From Candidatus Arthromitus sp. SFB-mouse-Japan (GTDB taxonomy: Bacteria; Bacillota; Clostridia; Clostridiales; Clostridiaceae): DNA of 32,000 nucleotides. Where the stretch lies: NCBI RefSeq assembly GCF_000270205.1, contig NC_015913.1:120001-152000 (forward strand). The letters are read 5' to 3'. The position numbers were made by a program, and so were the translations under genes. The notes beneath the pieces are model-generated. The model was not told the DNA's origin. It made no database searches and was given only the letters and a program-made list of their open reading frames with translations. Below, piece after piece: positions 31,019 to 32,000 of this stretch. Numbering within the stretch: the first letter of the stretch is position 1; every line of letters begins with the position of its first letter.

Positions 31019-31769
31019 TTTTAGATTATTAAGTGATAATCTACGCATGAGACCTAAATTATTTTTTAGGGGCAAAAATATAGAGAATTTAGACCAATTC
31101 CCACGCGGCGGCATATCTGTATCTTGGACTGGAGATCCAGAGGTAGTAGATAATGGTATAAAAACTGTACCTGGTACATATGGTATGTTTAACTATGCCA
31201 TGAGCGGCTGGCAAGAATTTACAATGTGTTACACATTTAAGATACATGCCAAGGCGGAATGGAGAGGATTTTTAAATTTAGCTTGGGGGCGCTCTACAGT
31301 AGGTATGCGGATTGAGAACGGATCTGGAGATAGAGCACGTGAAACCTATTTGTGGGGTATCAACAATGATGACAAAGCTATAGTATCAATAGTAGGTGGT
31401 CCACCTTGTTTTGTAACTGATGTTGATAAAATTTATAACTTAATTGTAGTCGTGTCAAAAACAGAGCCTGTTAAGATATACGTAAATGGTAATCAAACAC
31501 ATGAGCTTATACAACCTGATGATAAAAAAGGGTTTAACGGTAAGGGCCATGCTAATATAGACACTCATGCTTTTAATAGGCGATTATCCGCTAATAGATC
31601 TGATGATAATGTAACACATTATGCTCTACGAGTTTGGGATAAGGCTTTAACATATGATCAGATAATGCAAGAGGTGTTAGAAGATGCCAAAGATTATGGT
31701 ATTGATATTACAATACATAGATCTGTCGTAAATAAATTCCGTGTGAATGAATATAAAGTTGGGGAGTGA
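31005..31769 (+). CDS. LamG/concanavalin-A-like lectin-fold protein, probable receptor-binding tail protein
   Basis: 254 aa. ...IYVNGNQTHEL... and ALRVWDKALTYDQI resemble the terminal strands of Laminin_G_3-type jelly rolls. Its position is distal to the baseplate genes. Confidence 0.55.
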   Translation: MIIHSFRLLSDNLRMRPKLFFRGKNIENLDQFPRGGISVSWTGDPEVVDNGIKTVPGTYGMFNYAMSGWQEFTMCYTFKIHAKAEWRGFLNLAWGRSTVGMRIENGSGDRARETYLWGINNDDKAIVSIVGGPPCFVTDVDKIYNLIVVVSKTEPVKIYVNGNQTHELIQPDDKKGFNGKGHANIDTHAFNRRLSANRSDDNVTHYALRVWDKALTYDQIMQEVLEDAKDYGIDITIHRSVVNKFRVNEYKVGE

Positions 31770-31773
31770 GAAA

Positions 31774-32000
31774 ATGAGTTATACAAAAACTGAGTGGATT
31801 GATAATGTTACTATAGTTGATGCTGCAAAACTTAATAAGATTGAGGATCAATTGGAGACTTTAGATACTCAAAAAGTGAGTAGGGATGGGAATAAAGGAC
31901 TGTCCAGTAATGATTTTACAGATGCTTATAAAACTAAGCTTGATAATTTAGAGGATACGATATCAACATCGACGGAAGATAAAGTCGACAAAGAGGATGG
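31774..32000 (+). CDS. Tail fibre protein, 5' part (3' truncated by the window edge)
   Basis: Hand translation: MSYTKTEWIDNVTIVDAAKLNKIEDQLETLDTQKVSRDGNKGLSSNDFTDAYKTKLDNLE... The T.W.d...v.a..lNkIE..l opening and the LSSNDFT..K.KL motif are typical of Firmicutes phage fibres. Confidence 0.6.
   Translation, partial: MSYTKTEWIDNVTIVDAAKLNKIEDQLETLDTQKVSRDGNKGLSSNDFTDAYKTKLDNLEDTISTSTEDKVDKED

Larger units (their letters stand above)
1..32000 (+). mobile_element. Segment of a tailed dsDNA phage or prophage (contractile tail, SPP1-like packaging/head and PBSX-like tail modules)
   Basis: Continuous + strand gene train in canonical phage order: early regulators, replication, late regulator, terS-terL, portal, head, connectors, sheath, tube, chaperone, tape measure, baseplate, fibres. 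AGGAGG-type RBSs and frequent TTG/GTG starts. No integrase or att site inside the window. Confidence 0.9.

Noticed and set aside
1-32000. Search for tRNA/rRNA genes, integrase, attachment sites and lysis genes
   Set aside because: No cloverleaf-like GC-rich segments or rRNA-like regions were noticed. No tyrosine or serine recombinase motifs appear in any ORF. Lysis and integration modules presumably lie outside the window, so whether this is a prophage or a free phage cannot be decided here.

Overview
This window is a 32-kb, low-GC segment of a contractile-tailed Firmicutes-type phage or prophage; hand spot counts give about 30% GC in typical lines. Almost every gene is on the + strand. Gene order from the left: the 3' end of an XRE/Cro-like gene, an excisionase-type HTH gene and small early ORFs (one strongly acidic). 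The replication module follows: DUF2800 Cas4-like nuclease, DUF2815 SSB-like protein, family-A DNA polymerase, a Prim-Pol/VirE primase-helicase split by a frameshift, an iteron-like AT-rich intergenic region, VRR-NUC and an SNF2 helicase. Next come a sigma-70 region-4-like late regulator with an XRE HTH gene, terS, a DUF5664 NTP-pyrophosphatase-like ORF, PBSX-type terL and an SPP1 gp6-type portal. The head block has a Mu-F/gp7 head protein fused to an R-S-ExE ADP-ribosyltransferase, then scaffold, capsid and connector genes. The tail is PBSX-like (XkdK to XkdU order): sheath, tube, chaperone with a -1 frameshift, tape measure, baseplate and fibres. I saw no rRNA, tRNA, CRISPR array, integrase or att site. 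Three insulated accessory cassettes interrupt the conserved order and are the best candidates for undescribed biology. (1) An antisense DUF4160 / DUF2442-HTH pair lies between terL and portal (13007-13841), with a perfect consensus promoter and a 33-bp perfect palindrome. (2) A self-promoted, self-terminated Panacea (DUF4065)-domain antitoxin-like gene with no recognisable toxin partner lies at 17457-18296, just downstream of the capsid-targeted ADP-ribosyltransferase, a GC-rich 68-aa ORF and a YjcQ-family gene. (3) A self-promoted zinc-ribbon / glycine-zipper / SHOCT protein lies at 9899-10745. All family assignments come from motif recognition by eye, not from database searches.
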